32,000 bases of DNA from Xanthomonas campestris pv. campestris str. ATCC 33913 (GTDB lineage Bacteria > Pseudomonadota > Gammaproteobacteria > Xanthomonadales > Xanthomonadaceae): contig NC_003902.1 in the NCBI RefSeq assembly GCF_000007145.1, positions 3,746,497 through 3,778,496 on the forward strand, written 5' to 3'. Position numbers and translations under genes: made by a program. Positions 9,284 through 19,386 of this stretch are shown piece after piece. The notes beneath the pieces are model-generated. The model was not told the DNA's origin and searched no databases. It saw only the letters and a program-made list of their open reading frames with translations. Every line of letters starts with the position of its first letter. Position 1 is the stretch's first letter.

Positions 9284-9817
9284 TCAGCGTGTGGCCGCGA
9301 ACCGGCTGAAAACGTGCAGATCGTGCGTGCCATCGGGGCGCAGCAGTGCGCCGCGCCGCACGCCCTGGGCCACGAACCCGTTCTTGCGCAATACCTGGGC
9401 AGAGGCCGGGTTGCTGTCCAGTACGGTCGCATCGATGCGTGTGAGCGGCAACGCGTGCAAGGCCCACGCGAGGTAGGTCTGCACGCTGCGGGTCATCCAG
9501 CCGCGCCCCCAATACGCGCGGCCCAGCCAGTACCCCAGTTCAGCGACAGCGTCTGCACCACCGCCCGCACGACGCAGCGCGATGCTGCCGCAGGCCTGGC
9601 CGTCGATCACGATGGCCAGCACCGGGTCGCGCAGATCCACCACTTTGCCGGCCAGAAACGCCTCGCCATCGGCACGCGTATACGGGTGCGGAAAGCGCGT
9701 GCTCAGCCCGCGCGGCACCCACGGGTCGTTGGCATGCATCAACAAGGCGTCCAGGTCGTCCTGGCGCCAGCGTCGCAGCACGAACCCTTCGCCCTGCAAT
9801 TGCAGATCATCGAACAT
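9284..9817 (-). CDS. GNAT-family N-acetyltransferase (RimJ/RimL-like).
   Basis: Track ORF 9284..9862. Preferred start is ATG 9817 (GAGG 9 nt upstream), giving MFDDLQLQGEGFVLRRWRQDDLDAL. Acetyl-CoA-binding-type core ELGYWLGRAYWGRGWMTRSV and NPASAQVLRKNGF. ATG 9862 remains possible. Confidence 0.75.
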   Translation of the reverse strand: MFDDLQLQGEGFVLRRWRQDDLDALLMHANDPWVPRGLSTRFPHPYTRADGEAFLAGKVVDLRDPVLAIVIDGQACGSIALRRAGGGADAVAELGYWLGRAYWGRGWMTRSVQTYLAWALHALPLTRIDATVLDSNPASAQVLRKNGFVAQGVRRGALLRPDGTHDLHVFSRFAATR

Positions 9818-9877
9818 GCACTGGCCTCGCCGTGCAGCAGCGCCGCAACGCTGCTGCACCATTACCGCACGCCAGGC

Positions 9878-12553
9878 TCAGCGCTTGGCGGTCTGCGCCT
9901 GCTTGAGCGCGGCGCACAGGCGGATCGCCTCGCCGGTCTGGGCCAGGCCGCGGTCGGCGCCGCTGAGCGTGGCCAGGCGCGGCTTGAAGAACGCATCCAG
10001 ACGATCGGCTTCCTCCACGCTGCAGCCGTTGGACGCGCCCAGCGACGGCAGGCCGCCACCATCGAACGAGCCACTGCGCTGCACGATGCGGTCGAAGTTG
10101 GCGGTGAACCACGGCCACATCGAGGCATGCGAGGCGTCATAGCTATGCCCACGCGTCAGCAGGCTCTTCATCTCGCCGACCTTGATCGCATCGGTCAATG
10201 CAAAGTCGCGCACCTGGGTGAGCAGCGCCGGATCCTGCACCGCGCCGAGCGCGGCGATCATCGCGTTGCGCTGCGCCGGGTCGGCATGCGTGCGCAGCGC
10301 CTGGATCAGCGTCTGCACGGCCGCGGCGCCGCGCTCCTGCGCGGTCACCGCCAGCACGGTGCCGAGCAGGTCGGGATTGGCCGCGGCGAAGTTCAGGCCA
10401 TTGCCGCCACCTGCCAGCACCGCATCGCCCTGGGCCAGCAGCGCGCTGCGCACCTCCGGGGTTTGTAGCCGCAGGCCGAACAGGCCGGCCAGGGACGCAC
10501 GCAATGTGGTTTCGTCGATCGACTCCTTGGCGCGGCGGGTGTAGCCGAGCTGACGCAGACGCGGCAGGTAGGCCTGCTCGGCCGCCTTGCGCAGGGTGGC
10601 GCGCTGCGCATCGGTGGTGGCCTGGTGGCGCCAGATCCAGACAAAGCGGTCCACCAACGCGGTGGACACATCGGCAGACTCGGCGCCGGCCAGTTGCTTC
10701 ATCGCCGCCAGCACCACCTCGGTGTCGGCATCGCCGTGGCGATACGCCGCATCGATGGCGTCGGCGTAGGAGAGCTTTTCGTTGTCGTCGAGCTGGGCGA
10801 CCTGCTTGCCGAGCGCGGCCAGCTGTTTCTTCGGCAGGCTGAAACGGTAGTAGCCGGCGCCACGCGCATTCGGGAACACCCAGGTGTTCTTGCCGGCACC
10901 TTCCAGCACGATGCTGCCGCTGCCGCTTTCCAGCAGTTGGCAGGCGGTGCCCACCTGATTCTTGCCCTTGCCGTACTTCACGCACACCGGCACGCCCCAC
11001 TGCTGCGCGGTGGAACCGGATGAGCCCAGCGGCAGGTAGCGCTGCTGTTGCAGTTTGACCACGGTCTTGCCGCCTTCGCGCGCCACCTGCGTCTGCAGGT
11101 ACGGCACGCCCGGCTGATTCAGGAAGCTGCGGAACGCGGCCTTGAAATTTTCGCCCTTGCCGGCGGCTTCGGCGATCGCATCGACCAGGCCATCGGCGGT
11201 GGCGCTGCCAAACTTGTGCTTGGCGATGTAGGCGCGCATGCCCTCGCGGAACACGTCCTCGCCGACGAAGCCTTCGAACATCGCCAGCACCGCCGCGCCC
11301 TTCTGGTAGGTGATGCCGTCGAAGGCGGTTTCGATGTCGCCATTGCCGGTGATCGGCTGGCGGATCTTGCGTGCGCTGACCAGGCTGTCGTTATCCATCG
11401 CGTGCTGCGCACCGCCGATGCGATCCAGATTGGCGCGGTATTCCGGGTGCAGCTGCATGGTGATCTTCTGCTGCATCCAGGTGGCGAACGCTTCGTTCAA
11501 CCACAAATCGTCCCACCACGCCATGGTGACGGTGTCGCCGGTCCATTGGTGCGCCAGCTCGTGCGCGTTGGTGTTGAAGGAGCGCTGCACGTTTTCGGCC
11601 GGCGAGTCCTTGTCCAGCAGCAACAGCCAGTCGCGGAAGGTCACAAACCCCGGGTTTTCCATGGCGCCGGCGCTGAAGTCCGGTGCGGCAACCAGGTCGA
11701 GTTTGTCGAACGGGTAACCGAAGGCGTAGTAGTCCTCCAGCGCCGCAATAATCGCCGGAGTCTGATCCAGCGCGGGGGTGATGCGCGGGCCCTGGCCCTG
11801 GGCGGCGATGCCACGTAGCGGTGTGGACGTGGGGCGCTGTGGGGTGGCCGGCATGGCCGGCACATCCACCACATCCCACGGGCCGGCCGCGTAGGCCACC
11901 AGATAGGTGGGCAGCGGCAGCGTCGGTGCGAAGCTCACCGTCTTCCAGCCCTTGCCAGCCGGCTTGGTGGAGGTGGCGATGGTGTTGGCCAAGGCCTGAT
12001 CGTCGGCGGGCACGGTCAGGCTCAGGTCGAAGGGCGTCTTGAACGCGGGCTCATCGAAACTGGGGAACGCGTAGCGCGCACTGATCGGCTCCATCTGCGT
12101 CATCGCATATGCCTTGCCCTGGTACTTCACCTGATACAGGCCCTGCAGTTGCTGATTGAGCGGCGCGCTGTAGGTGATGTCCACGGTGAGCGTCTGCGGT
12201 TTGAGCGTGCGGCCGAAGTCCAGGCGCACCACGCCGGCCTGCGCATCGGCATCGACGTAGCGTGCGGTGAGCGCCTTGCCCTTGGCCGGCTTCACAGTGG
12301 CCTTGCTGACCTTCAGCTCCTTGCCGTGCAGCCAGAGATGGTCCGATGCCTGCTTGAGCTGCACGCGGATGGTGGTGCGGCCGCTGAACTGCGCCTGCTC
12401 CGGATCCACCTTGATCGCCAGACTGTAGTGCTCGGGCACCGCCCAGGTGGGCAGGCGGCCATTGGGCACCAGCTCGCCGGCGGATTGCGCCAGGGCACTC
12501 CCGCAGCACAGCGCAAGGACGGAGGGAGCAAGCAGGCAGGCAAGACGACGCAT
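9878..12553 (-). CDS. pepN: M1-family zinc aminopeptidase (aminopeptidase N-like) with signal peptide.
   Basis: Track ORF of 891 aa. Signal peptide MRRLACLLAPSVLALCCGSALAQSA. GAMEN exopeptidase motif (FSAGAMENPGF). HELAHQWTGD ... WLNEAFA forms the HEXXH-X18-E zinc site. Confidence 0.9.
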   Translation of the reverse strand: MRRLACLLAPSVLALCCGSALAQSAGELVPNGRLPTWAVPEHYSLAIKVDPEQAQFSGRTTIRVQLKQASDHLWLHGKELKVSKATVKPAKGKALTARYVDADAQAGVVRLDFGRTLKPQTLTVDITYSAPLNQQLQGLYQVKYQGKAYAMTQMEPISARYAFPSFDEPAFKTPFDLSLTVPADDQALANTIATSTKPAGKGWKTVSFAPTLPLPTYLVAYAAGPWDVVDVPAMPATPQRPTSTPLRGIAAQGQGPRITPALDQTPAIIAALEDYYAFGYPFDKLDLVAAPDFSAGAMENPGFVTFRDWLLLLDKDSPAENVQRSFNTNAHELAHQWTGDTVTMAWWDDLWLNEAFATWMQQKITMQLHPEYRANLDRIGGAQHAMDNDSLVSARKIRQPITGNGDIETAFDGITYQKGAAVLAMFEGFVGEDVFREGMRAYIAKHKFGSATADGLVDAIAEAAGKGENFKAAFRSFLNQPGVPYLQTQVAREGGKTVVKLQQQRYLPLGSSGSTAQQWGVPVCVKYGKGKNQVGTACQLLESGSGSIVLEGAGKNTWVFPNARGAGYYRFSLPKKQLAALGKQVAQLDDNEKLSYADAIDAAYRHGDADTEVVLAAMKQLAGAESADVSTALVDRFVWIWRHQATTDAQRATLRKAAEQAYLPRLRQLGYTRRAKESIDETTLRASLAGLFGLRLQTPEVRSALLAQGDAVLAGGGNGLNFAAANPDLLGTVLAVTAQERGAAAVQTLIQALRTHADPAQRNAMIAALGAVQDPALLTQVRDFALTDAIKVGEMKSLLTRGHSYDASHASMWPWFTANFDRIVQRSGSFDGGGLPSLGASNGCSVEEADRLDAFFKPRLATLSGADRGLAQTGEAIRLCAALKQAQTAKR

Positions 12554-12907
12554 GGGCGATTCCGGTCAAGGTAACCGCCGAAGTCGACCACAGCCAGGCA
12601 GTGCTGTCATGTGGCCATAGTCATTGCACGGGCGGTGCAGGCAATCGCGGCCACGCACCGCCAAAGTCGGCATGTTGGCTGATGGCTGGGGGCGACACAG
12701 CGCCGGTTGTGCATCACACGCGGGGCAGTGCCGCAGCTCATGAGTCATTGCATGCAGCTTGGCCACATGCATGGGATGGCATGCATTGCAGGGCGCCTGC
12801 GCGCACCACGCGTGCCGCCTGCTCGCACGCGGCGCAGCAGGCTATACGCAGTCACTGGTTCGGTTACGTCACAGGATGCCGAAACGATCGCTCGGCAGCG
12901 CAGTTGT

Positions 12908-12933
12908 TGCCGGCAGCGAAACCGCTGCCGGCA
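12908..12933 (-). terminator. Strong hairpin TGCCGGCAGCG-AAAC-CGCTGCCGGCA 6 nt downstream of the RND pump stop.
   Basis: Perfect 11-bp stem with a 4-nt loop, read directly. It lies immediately 3' of the 12940 stop on the minus strand. No U-tract follows. Confidence 0.55.
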
Positions 12934-12939
12934 CCTGGA

Positions 12940-15900
12940 TTACGCGTGTCCACCCACCGAAGGCGTGCGTGCCTCCAAGGCATCCAGCTCGCGCGCCAGC
13001 GCTTCCGGTGACTTGGTGTACGGGGCAATCAGGCTGTAGAACGCCGGCACCACGTACAGCGACAGCAGCGTGGACAACGACACACCAAAGATCACCACCA
13101 CGCCGATGGTGGCGCGGCTGGCCGAACCGGGCCCGCCGGCCACCACTAACGGAATCGCGCCGACCACCGTGGCGATGGAGGTCATCAGGATCGGGCGCAG
13201 GCGCACCGATGCCGATTCGACGATGGCCGCGTGCACACTGCGGCCTTCGTCGCGCAGCTGATTGGCAAACTCCACGATCAGAATGCCGTTCTTGGCCGCC
13301 AAACCCACCAACATCACGATGCCGATCTGACTGAACAGATTGAGCGTGCCGCCGGTGAGCCACAGGCCGACCAGCGCGCCCAGCACTGCCAGCGGCACCG
13401 TCAGCATGATCACCAGCGGATGGGCGAAGCTCTCGAACTGCGCGGCCAGCACCAGATACACCACCAGCAAGGCCATGCCGAAGGTGAGCAGCACCGCACT
13501 GCCGGATTGCTGGTACTCACGCGATTCGCCCTTCCATTCCACCTGCGCGTACTCGGGCAACTCTTCCTGCGCAGTCTGCTGCGCCCAGGCGATGGCATCG
13601 CCCAGCGGATAGCCCGGCGCCAGGCCGGCACTGATGGTGATTGCGCGCAGCCGATTGAAGCGGTTCAACGTACCGGCTTCAGCCACTTCGCTGAGCGTGA
13701 CCAGGTTGGACAGCGGAATCAGCTCGCCACGGATCGAGCGCACGCGGATGGCGGTGAGGTCTTCGGGCGACATGCGGCCTTCGCGGCCGGCCTGCAGCAT
13801 CACGTCGTATTCTTCGCCGTTGTCGACGAAGGTGGTCACGCGGCGCGAGCCCATCAACGCTTCCAGCGCGCCGCCAATCGCAGTGACCGACACGCCCAGA
13901 TCCGCCGCGCGCAGGCGATCGATATTCACACGCATCTGCGGGCGGGTTTCCTTGTAGTCCGAATCCGCGCCCACCAGGCCGGGATTGGATTCCATGCGCT
14001 GCAGGATGCGGTCGCGCCATTGCGCGATCTCCGCGTAATCCGGGCAGCCCAGCACCATCTGGAACGGTTGGCCGCGGCTGCGTACCAGCCCGCCGCTCAC
14101 CTGGGTGCGCGCACGCACGCCGGTCAGCACGTTGAGTTTCTGCTGCAGCTCGTCGGCAACCTCGGTGGTGGGGCGGTCACGTTTTTCCCAATCCTGCAGG
14201 AACACACTCACGCGGCCGGTGTGCATTTCCTCGCTGCTGCCAAACCCGCCGGGCACGCGCGGATTGGCACGCACGATGGGTTTGTCCGCGCCCACGTACG
14301 GGCGCAGGATGTCTTCCACCTGATGCATCTGGCCAACCGTGTAATCGAAGCCCGCACCTTCCGGGCCGTCGATCATGATCTGGAAGTTGCCGCGGTCCTC
14401 GGCCGGAGCCAGTTCGGACGGAATGCGGCTCATCAACCACGCGCTGGCGCCCAGCGCCAACAGCATCAGTAGCGCGAAGATCCAGGTGCGCTGCACATGC
14501 CGCTCCAGCGATCGCCCGTAGGCGGCCGACACCGCTTGCATGCGCCTGTTGAACCACTGATGGAAACGATTGGGCTTGGCCTGGTCGTGCGCGCGCAATA
14601 GCTTGGACGACATCATCGGCGTGAGCGTCAGCGCCACGAAGGCCGAAATCGCCACCGCTGCCGCCAGTGCCACCGCCAGCTCACGGAACAGCCGCCCGGT
14701 ATTGCCTTCCAGAAAGCCCACCGGCAAAAACACCGCCACCAGCACCGCGGTGGTCGCAATCACCGCGAACGCCACCTGGCCGGTACCGCGCTTGGCGGCC
14801 ACCAGCGGCGGCTCGCCGAGGTCGATGCGGCGCTGGATGTTTTCCACCACCACAATCGCATCGTCGACCACCAGGCCGATACACAGCACCAACGCGAGCA
14901 GGGTGAGCAGGTTGATCGAGAAGTCGAACGCGTATAGCGCAATGAACGCAGCGATCAGACACACCGGCACGGTAACGGCCGGAATCAAGGCCGCGCGTGC
15001 GCTGCCCAAGAACACCCAGATCACCACCAGCACCAGCACCACCGCTTCGATCAGCGTGTGATAGACGCGCTCCACCGCCGCATCGATGAAGGTGGTGGTG
15101 TCGAAGGCAACGAAGATGTTGGTGCCCTGCGGCAGGGTCTTCTGGATTTCTTCGGCCTGCGCGCGTGCTTCGCGTGCTACGTCCAGCGCGTTGGCGGTGG
15201 AGTTGCGCACGATGCCCAGGCCCACGTTGGGTACGCCATTGCTCTGGAAATACGCGCGCCGTTCGGCCGAGGTGAGCTCCACCTTGGCCACGTCGCCCAG
15301 CCGCACCACATAGCCGCCCTCGCCCTTGCTCAGCGGCAGCTTGGCGAAGTCCTCCGGTTTGAGATAGCTGCGCTCCACGCGCAAGGTGAAGTCGCGCTGC
15401 GCCGATTCGATGCTGCCGGCCGGCAACTCCACGTTTTCGTTTTGCAGCGCGGTTTCCACATCGGCCACGGTGAGTGCGCGCGCGGCCAATTGGTCGCGGT
15501 CCAGCCAGATGCGCATCGCGTAGCGCTGCCGCCCGCCGATGCGCACCTGCGCCACGCCGTCCAGGCTGGAGAAGCGGTCAACGACATAGCGTTCGGCGTA
15601 GTCGGACAGCTGCAGCGTGTCCATCGTGCTGGAGCTCATGTTGAGCCACAGAATGGGGTCGGCGTCGGATTCGACCTTGGAAATCTCCGGCGGGCGCGCC
15701 TGATCCGGCATGCGGTCGGACACGCGGCTGACCGCGTCGCGCACGTCGTTGGCAGCCGCTTCCACATCGCGCGTCGGCACGAACTCGATGCTGATGTCCG
15801 ACGAACCATTGCGGCTGCGTGCCTCGATGGTTTCGATCCCCTCGATGCCGGCCAATGCGTCTTCCAGCACCTGGGTGATGCGGCTTTCCACCACTGCCGC

Positions 15901-16065
15901 CGAGGCGCCGGTGTACTCCACGTCCACCGAGACGATGGGCGGGTCGATCGCCGGCAATTCACGCAGCGTGAGCCGGGTGAAGGACATCACGCCCAGCACG
16001 ATCAGCAACAGGCTCATCACCACCGCCATCACCGGGCGGGTAATGGACAGGTCGGAGAGCTTCAT
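12940..16065 (-). CDS. RND (AcrB/AcrD/AcrF, HAE1-type) efflux pump inner-membrane permease.
   Basis: Track ORF of 1041 aa. N-terminus MKLSDLSITRPVMAVVMSLLLIVLG. Twelve-TM, two-large-loop architecture. Blocks VVDDAIVVVENI and AAKNGILIVEFANQLRDEG. Its ATG overlaps the adaptor stop (ATGA at 16062-16065). Confidence 0.92.
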   Translation of the reverse strand: MKLSDLSITRPVMAVVMSLLLIVLGVMSFTRLTLRELPAIDPPIVSVDVEYTGASAAVVESRITQVLEDALAGIEGIETIEARSRNGSSDISIEFVPTRDVEAAANDVRDAVSRVSDRMPDQARPPEISKVESDADPILWLNMSSSTMDTLQLSDYAERYVVDRFSSLDGVAQVRIGGRQRYAMRIWLDRDQLAARALTVADVETALQNENVELPAGSIESAQRDFTLRVERSYLKPEDFAKLPLSKGEGGYVVRLGDVAKVELTSAERRAYFQSNGVPNVGLGIVRNSTANALDVAREARAQAEEIQKTLPQGTNIFVAFDTTTFIDAAVERVYHTLIEAVVLVLVVIWVFLGSARAALIPAVTVPVCLIAAFIALYAFDFSINLLTLLALVLCIGLVVDDAIVVVENIQRRIDLGEPPLVAAKRGTGQVAFAVIATTAVLVAVFLPVGFLEGNTGRLFRELAVALAAAVAISAFVALTLTPMMSSKLLRAHDQAKPNRFHQWFNRRMQAVSAAYGRSLERHVQRTWIFALLMLLALGASAWLMSRIPSELAPAEDRGNFQIMIDGPEGAGFDYTVGQMHQVEDILRPYVGADKPIVRANPRVPGGFGSSEEMHTGRVSVFLQDWEKRDRPTTEVADELQQKLNVLTGVRARTQVSGGLVRSRGQPFQMVLGCPDYAEIAQWRDRILQRMESNPGLVGADSDYKETRPQMRVNIDRLRAADLGVSVTAIGGALEALMGSRRVTTFVDNGEEYDVMLQAGREGRMSPEDLTAIRVRSIRGELIPLSNLVTLSEVAEAGTLNRFNRLRAITISAGLAPGYPLGDAIAWAQQTAQEELPEYAQVEWKGESREYQQSGSAVLLTFGMALLVVYLVLAAQFESFAHPLVIMLTVPLAVLGALVGLWLTGGTLNLFSQIGIVMLVGLAAKNGILIVEFANQLRDEGRSVHAAIVESASVRLRPILMTSIATVVGAIPLVVAGGPGSASRATIGVVVIFGVSLSTLLSLYVVPAFYSLIAPYTKSPEALARELDALEARTPSVGGHA

Positions 16066-17147
16066 TGCACGGCCTGCTTGCCGGCGGTGGCGGTCGCATT
16101 GGCGTTTGCCGGCGCGGCCTGCGCGTCGATCTTCAGGCCCGGGCGCAACTTGCCGGCGCCATCCACCACGATGCGCTCACCGGCTTTGACGCCTTCGAGG
16201 ATTTCCACCTTGCCATCGCGGCGCTCGCCCAGCCGCACGTCGGCGCGCTCCACGCTGCTGTCCGGCTTGACCCGGAACACATACGACTCGCGCCCCACCT
16301 GCACCACCGCAATCTCCGGGATCACCAGCGCCTGCCGCGCCGGCTGGAACAGCCGCACATCCAGCAACATGCCCGGGCGCAGCCGGCGGTCGTCGTTGGG
16401 GAAATCCGCCCGCACGGTGACCGACCGCGTGGTCTCATCGATGCGCGAATCGATCGCCGCCACTTCACCTTCGAACTGCGCGCCCGGGTAGGCGGCGGCA
16501 CTGCCGTTGACCGCGTTGCCAAGCTCGACCAGGCCGAGCTGCGACTCGGGCACCTGGAAATCCACATACATGCGCTCGACATCATCGAGCGTGGTGATCA
16601 CGGTGCTGGCGGTGATCAGCGACCCGGGGCTGACCTGACGGATGCCGAGCACGCCGGAGAACGGCGCGCGCACCTCGCGGTCGGTGATCTCCGCGCGCAT
16701 CTGCTGCACGCGCGCCTCGGCGGCGTCGCGCAGCGCGCGTTGGGTGTCCACGGTGGACTTGGCCACCAGTTGCTGGCCGACCAGGCTCAGCTGGCGCCGA
16801 TACAGCTGCTCGGTTTCCTCGAAGGTGGCCTGGGCGGCGGTCAACGCGGCCTGCTGCGAATTGCCACGCAGGCGCAGCAGCAGCTGCCCGGCCTTGACCT
16901 CGTCGCCACTGTCGAAGTTCACCTGCTCCACCACATCGCTCACCGCGGCGGTCAGCGCCACCGACTCGCGCGCACGCACGGTCGCGATCGACTGCACGGT
17001 CGAATTCCATGGCTGCACGCTCACCGTTTGCACGACGACCGGAATCGGTTTGCTGGCGGCGGGCGCACTGGTCTGGCGGGCGCAACTGGTCAGCCCGACG
17101 GCCAACAAAAGCGCCACGCAAAAACGTGCGCTGGGTCGAACAAGCAT
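16062..17147 (-). CDS. RND efflux periplasmic adaptor (membrane fusion protein), lipoprotein.
   Basis: Track ORF of 361 aa. Lipobox LLLAVGLTSC. Coiled-coil hairpin region (AALTAAQATFEETEQLYRRQ ... RALRDAEARVQQMRAEI) and the beta-barrel block VRAPFSGVLG. Translationally coupled to the pump gene. Confidence 0.9.
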   Translation of the reverse strand: MLVRPSARFCVALLLAVGLTSCARQTSAPAASKPIPVVVQTVSVQPWNSTVQSIATVRARESVALTAAVSDVVEQVNFDSGDEVKAGQLLLRLRGNSQQAALTAAQATFEETEQLYRRQLSLVGQQLVAKSTVDTQRALRDAAEARVQQMRAEITDREVRAPFSGVLGIRQVSPGSLITASTVITTLDDVERMYVDFQVPESQLGLVELGNAVNGSAAAYPGAQFEGEVAAIDSRIDETTRSVTVRADFPNDDRRLRPGMLLDVRLFQPARQALVIPEIAVVQVGRESYVFRVKPDSSVERADVRLGERRDGKVEILEGVKAGERIVVDGAGKLRPGLKIDAQAAPANANATATAGKQAVQ

Positions 17148-17409
17148 CAGAACATCCTGGCGGGGTACGGCGAAAGTTTAACGACCCAGCCGCCATGCGG
17201 TTGACGAAAAGGGCGTGCTTTGCACCATGACCAAAGACCCTTGTCCTCGTCGCCACGATGCGGTGCTCAGGCAGCCACCACAGCGCGCGCACGTCGCTCA
17301 GACCGGCATCACCGGTACCGGAGCGGCCCGTACCTGCGTACGTGCCGGCGCCCATGCACCTGCTGCTGCCCTGTCTGACCACCGCTTAATGCGTTGTTGC
17401 AGCCTGCCC

Positions 17410-19386
17410 TCAGCGCTCCAGGCCCAGGTATTCCAGGACATGCCGCGCCAGCGCCTCTACGTTCTCACCATCGGCGTGAAGATGGATTTCCGGGCGCTCG
17501 GGCGCCTCGTACGGCGAATCGATCCCGGTGAAATTGGGAATCTGCCCGGCGCGGGCCTTGCGGTAGAGGCCTTTCACGTCGCGTGCCTCGGCGACCGCCA
17601 GAGGCACGTCCACAAACACTTCGACGAATTCACCCGAGTCAAAACGCTCGCGTGCCAGCTGGCGTTCGGCACGGAACGGGGAAATGAAGCTCACCAGCAC
17701 GATCAGCCCGGCATCGGCCATCAGCCGTGCGACCTCGGCCACGCGGCGGATGTTCTCCACGCGGTCCTCGTCGGTGAAGCCCAGATCGCGGTTGAGCCCG
17801 TGGCGCACGTTGTCGCCGTCCAGGATGAAGGTGTGATAGCCCAGCGCATGCAGGCGCTTGTCCACCAGGTTGGCCACCGTGGACTTGCCCGCACCGGACA
17901 GGCCTGTGAACCACAGCACACGTGGCGCCTGGCCCTTGATGCGCGCACGCGCGGCGCGGTCCACATCCAGGTGCTGCCAATGCACATTGCCGGCGCGGCG
18001 CAACGCGAACTCCAGCGCACCGGCCGCGACCGTGGCATTGGTCTGCCGGTCGATCAGGATGAAGCCGCCCAACACCCGGTTGCGCGCATACGGGGCAAAC
18101 GCGATCGGCTCGTCCAGCGACAGGTTGCAGTAGCCCACCTCGTTGAGCTCCAGCCGCTTGGCGGCCAGCCGCTCCTGCGTGTTCACATCGACCTTGTGCT
18201 TGATCTCGCTGATGCTGGCGGCGACGGTGCGGGTGCCGATCTTGAGCCAGTACGGGCGGCCCGGCAGCAACGCGGCATCGTCCATCCACAGCACGTGCGC
18301 GGCGAACTGGTCGGCCACTTCCGGCGGGTCGTCCACGGCGGCGATGATGTCGCCGCGGCTGATGTCGATCTCTTCGCGCAAGGTCAGCGTCACGGCCTGC
18401 CCGGCGCGTGCGCTGTCGACCACGCCATTGGCATCCAGCACGCTCGCCACATGCGCGCGGCGCCCGGACGGCACCACCACCACCACATCGCCGCTGCGTA
18501 CCTGGCCGGCAGCAATGGTGCCGGCATAGCCACGGAACTGCGCGTTGGGCCGATTGACCCACTGCACCGGCAGGCGCAATCCACTCACTGCGTCGGGCGT
18601 CTCCAGCTGCACGCTGTCCAGGTGCTGCAGCAGATGCGGCCCCTGGTACCACGGCATGCGCGTGGACGCGCTGGACAGGTTGTCGCCGGCCAGTGCAGAC
18701 AGCGGAATGCACTGCACATCGGCAATGCCCAACTGCGCCGCCAGGGCGCGGTAGCTGTCGACGATGGTGGCGAACACCTGCGCGTCGTAGTCCACCAGGT
18801 CCATCTTGTTGACCGCCAGCACCACGTGGCGAATGCCCAGCAACGAGACGATGTAGCTGTGCCGCCGCGTCTGCACCAGCACGCCCTTGCGCGCATCCAC
18901 CAGCACCACCGCCACATCGGCGGTGGAGGCGCCGGTGGCCATATTGCGCGTGTACTGCTCATGCCCGGGGCAATCGGCAACGATGAACTTGCGTTGGTCG
19001 GTATCGAAGTAGCGGTACGCCACATCGATGGTGATGCCCTGCTCACGCTCGGCGGCCAGCCCATCCACCAGCAAGGCGTAATCGATGCCTTCGCCCTGCG
19101 TGCCATGGCGCTTGCTGTCGCTTTCCAGCGCGGCCAGCTGGTCATCGAACAGCCGCTTGCTGTCGTACAACAACCGCCCGATAAGCGTGCTCTTGCCATC
19201 GTCCACGCTGCCGCAGGTGATGAAGCGCAGCAACGGTTTGGATTCGTGCTGCTGGAGGTAGGTGCTGATGGCGCTGGGATTGGGGAGTGGGGAATCGGGA
19301 ATCGCAAAAGCGGTCTCCTCCCTCATCTCGTTCCCGGCGAACTGCTGTTGCGATTCCCCATTCCCGATTCCCGATTCACTGCCCAT
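17410..19386 (-). CDS. cysNC: Bifunctional sulfate adenylyltransferase subunit 1 / adenylylsulfate (APS) kinase, CysN-CysC fusion.
   Basis: Track ORF of 658 aa. GTPase block [22 protein letters not shown], then [12 protein letters not shown] and NKMD. C-terminal APS-kinase P-loop [14 protein letters not shown] and [16 protein letters not shown] 19386 overlaps the cysD stop (ATGA). The first ~37 codons are encoded by a repeat element, so the start is uncertain; an alternative in-frame ATG is at 19326. Confidence 0.92.
   Translation of the reverse strand: MGSESGIGNGESQQQFAGNEMREETAFAIPDSPLPNPSAISTYLQQHESKPLLRFITCGSVDDGKSTLIGRLLYDSKRLFDDQLAALESDSKRHGTQGEGIDYALLVDGLAAEREQGITIDVAYRYFDTDQRKFIVADCPGHEQYTRNMATGASTADVAVVLVDARKGVLVQTRRHSYIVSLLGIRHVVLAVNKMDLVDYDAQVFATIVDSYRALAAQLGIADVQCIPLSALAGDNLSSASTRMPWYQGPHLLQHLDSVQLETPDAVSGLRLPVQWVNRPNAQFRGYAGTIAAGQVRSGDVVVVVPSGRRAHVASVLDANGVVDSARAGQAVTLTLREEIDISRGDIIAAVDDPPEVADQFAAHVLWMDDAALLPGRPYWLKIGTRTVAASISEIKHKVDVNTQERLAAKRLELNEVGYCNLSLDEPIAFAPYARNRVLGGFILIDRQTNATVAAGALEFALRRAGNVHWQHLDVDRAARARIKGQAPRVLWFTGLSGAGKSTVANLVDKRLHALGYHTFILDGDNVRHGLNRDLGFTDEDRVENIRRVAEVARLMADAGLIVLVSFISPFRAERQLARERFDSGEFVEVFVDVPLAVAEARDVKGLYRKARAGQIPNFTGIDSPYEAPERPEIHLHADGENVEALARHVLEYLGLER
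19276..19377 (-). repeat. Palindromic heptamer-built element, copy A (REP/MITE-like), at the cysD|cysN junction.
   Basis: On the plus strand, G-rich arm GGGATTGGGGAGTGGGGAATCGGGAATCG (19276-19304), a 46-nt centre, and C-rich arm CGATTCCCCATTCCCGATTCCCGATTC (19351-19377). The arms pair over ~27 nt with mismatches recurring about every 7 nt. Pairing can extend ~9 bp into the centre (CAAAAGCGG / CTGCTGTTG). Confidence 0.85.

Noticed and set aside
7694-9432. Long N-terminal extensions in track ORFs: methyltransferase to 7876, symporter to 9432, cysD to 20525, receptor to 28528, DUF2946-like to 29229, kinase from 29124, cysI from 22336.
   Set aside because: The extensions are Arg/Pro/Gly-rich and unlike the family N-termini. 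They overlap neighbouring genes or intergenic hairpins. Internal starts with SD sequences or ATGA/TGATG coupling fit better.
12619-12790. A direct 10-mer repeat AGTCATTGCA (12619-12628 and 12743-12752) and several ATGCAT/CATTGCA motifs upstream of pepN.
   Set aside because: These may be promoter or regulator sites. I could derive no coherent dyad or spacing, and the region is only mildly AT-enriched. That is insufficient for a call.
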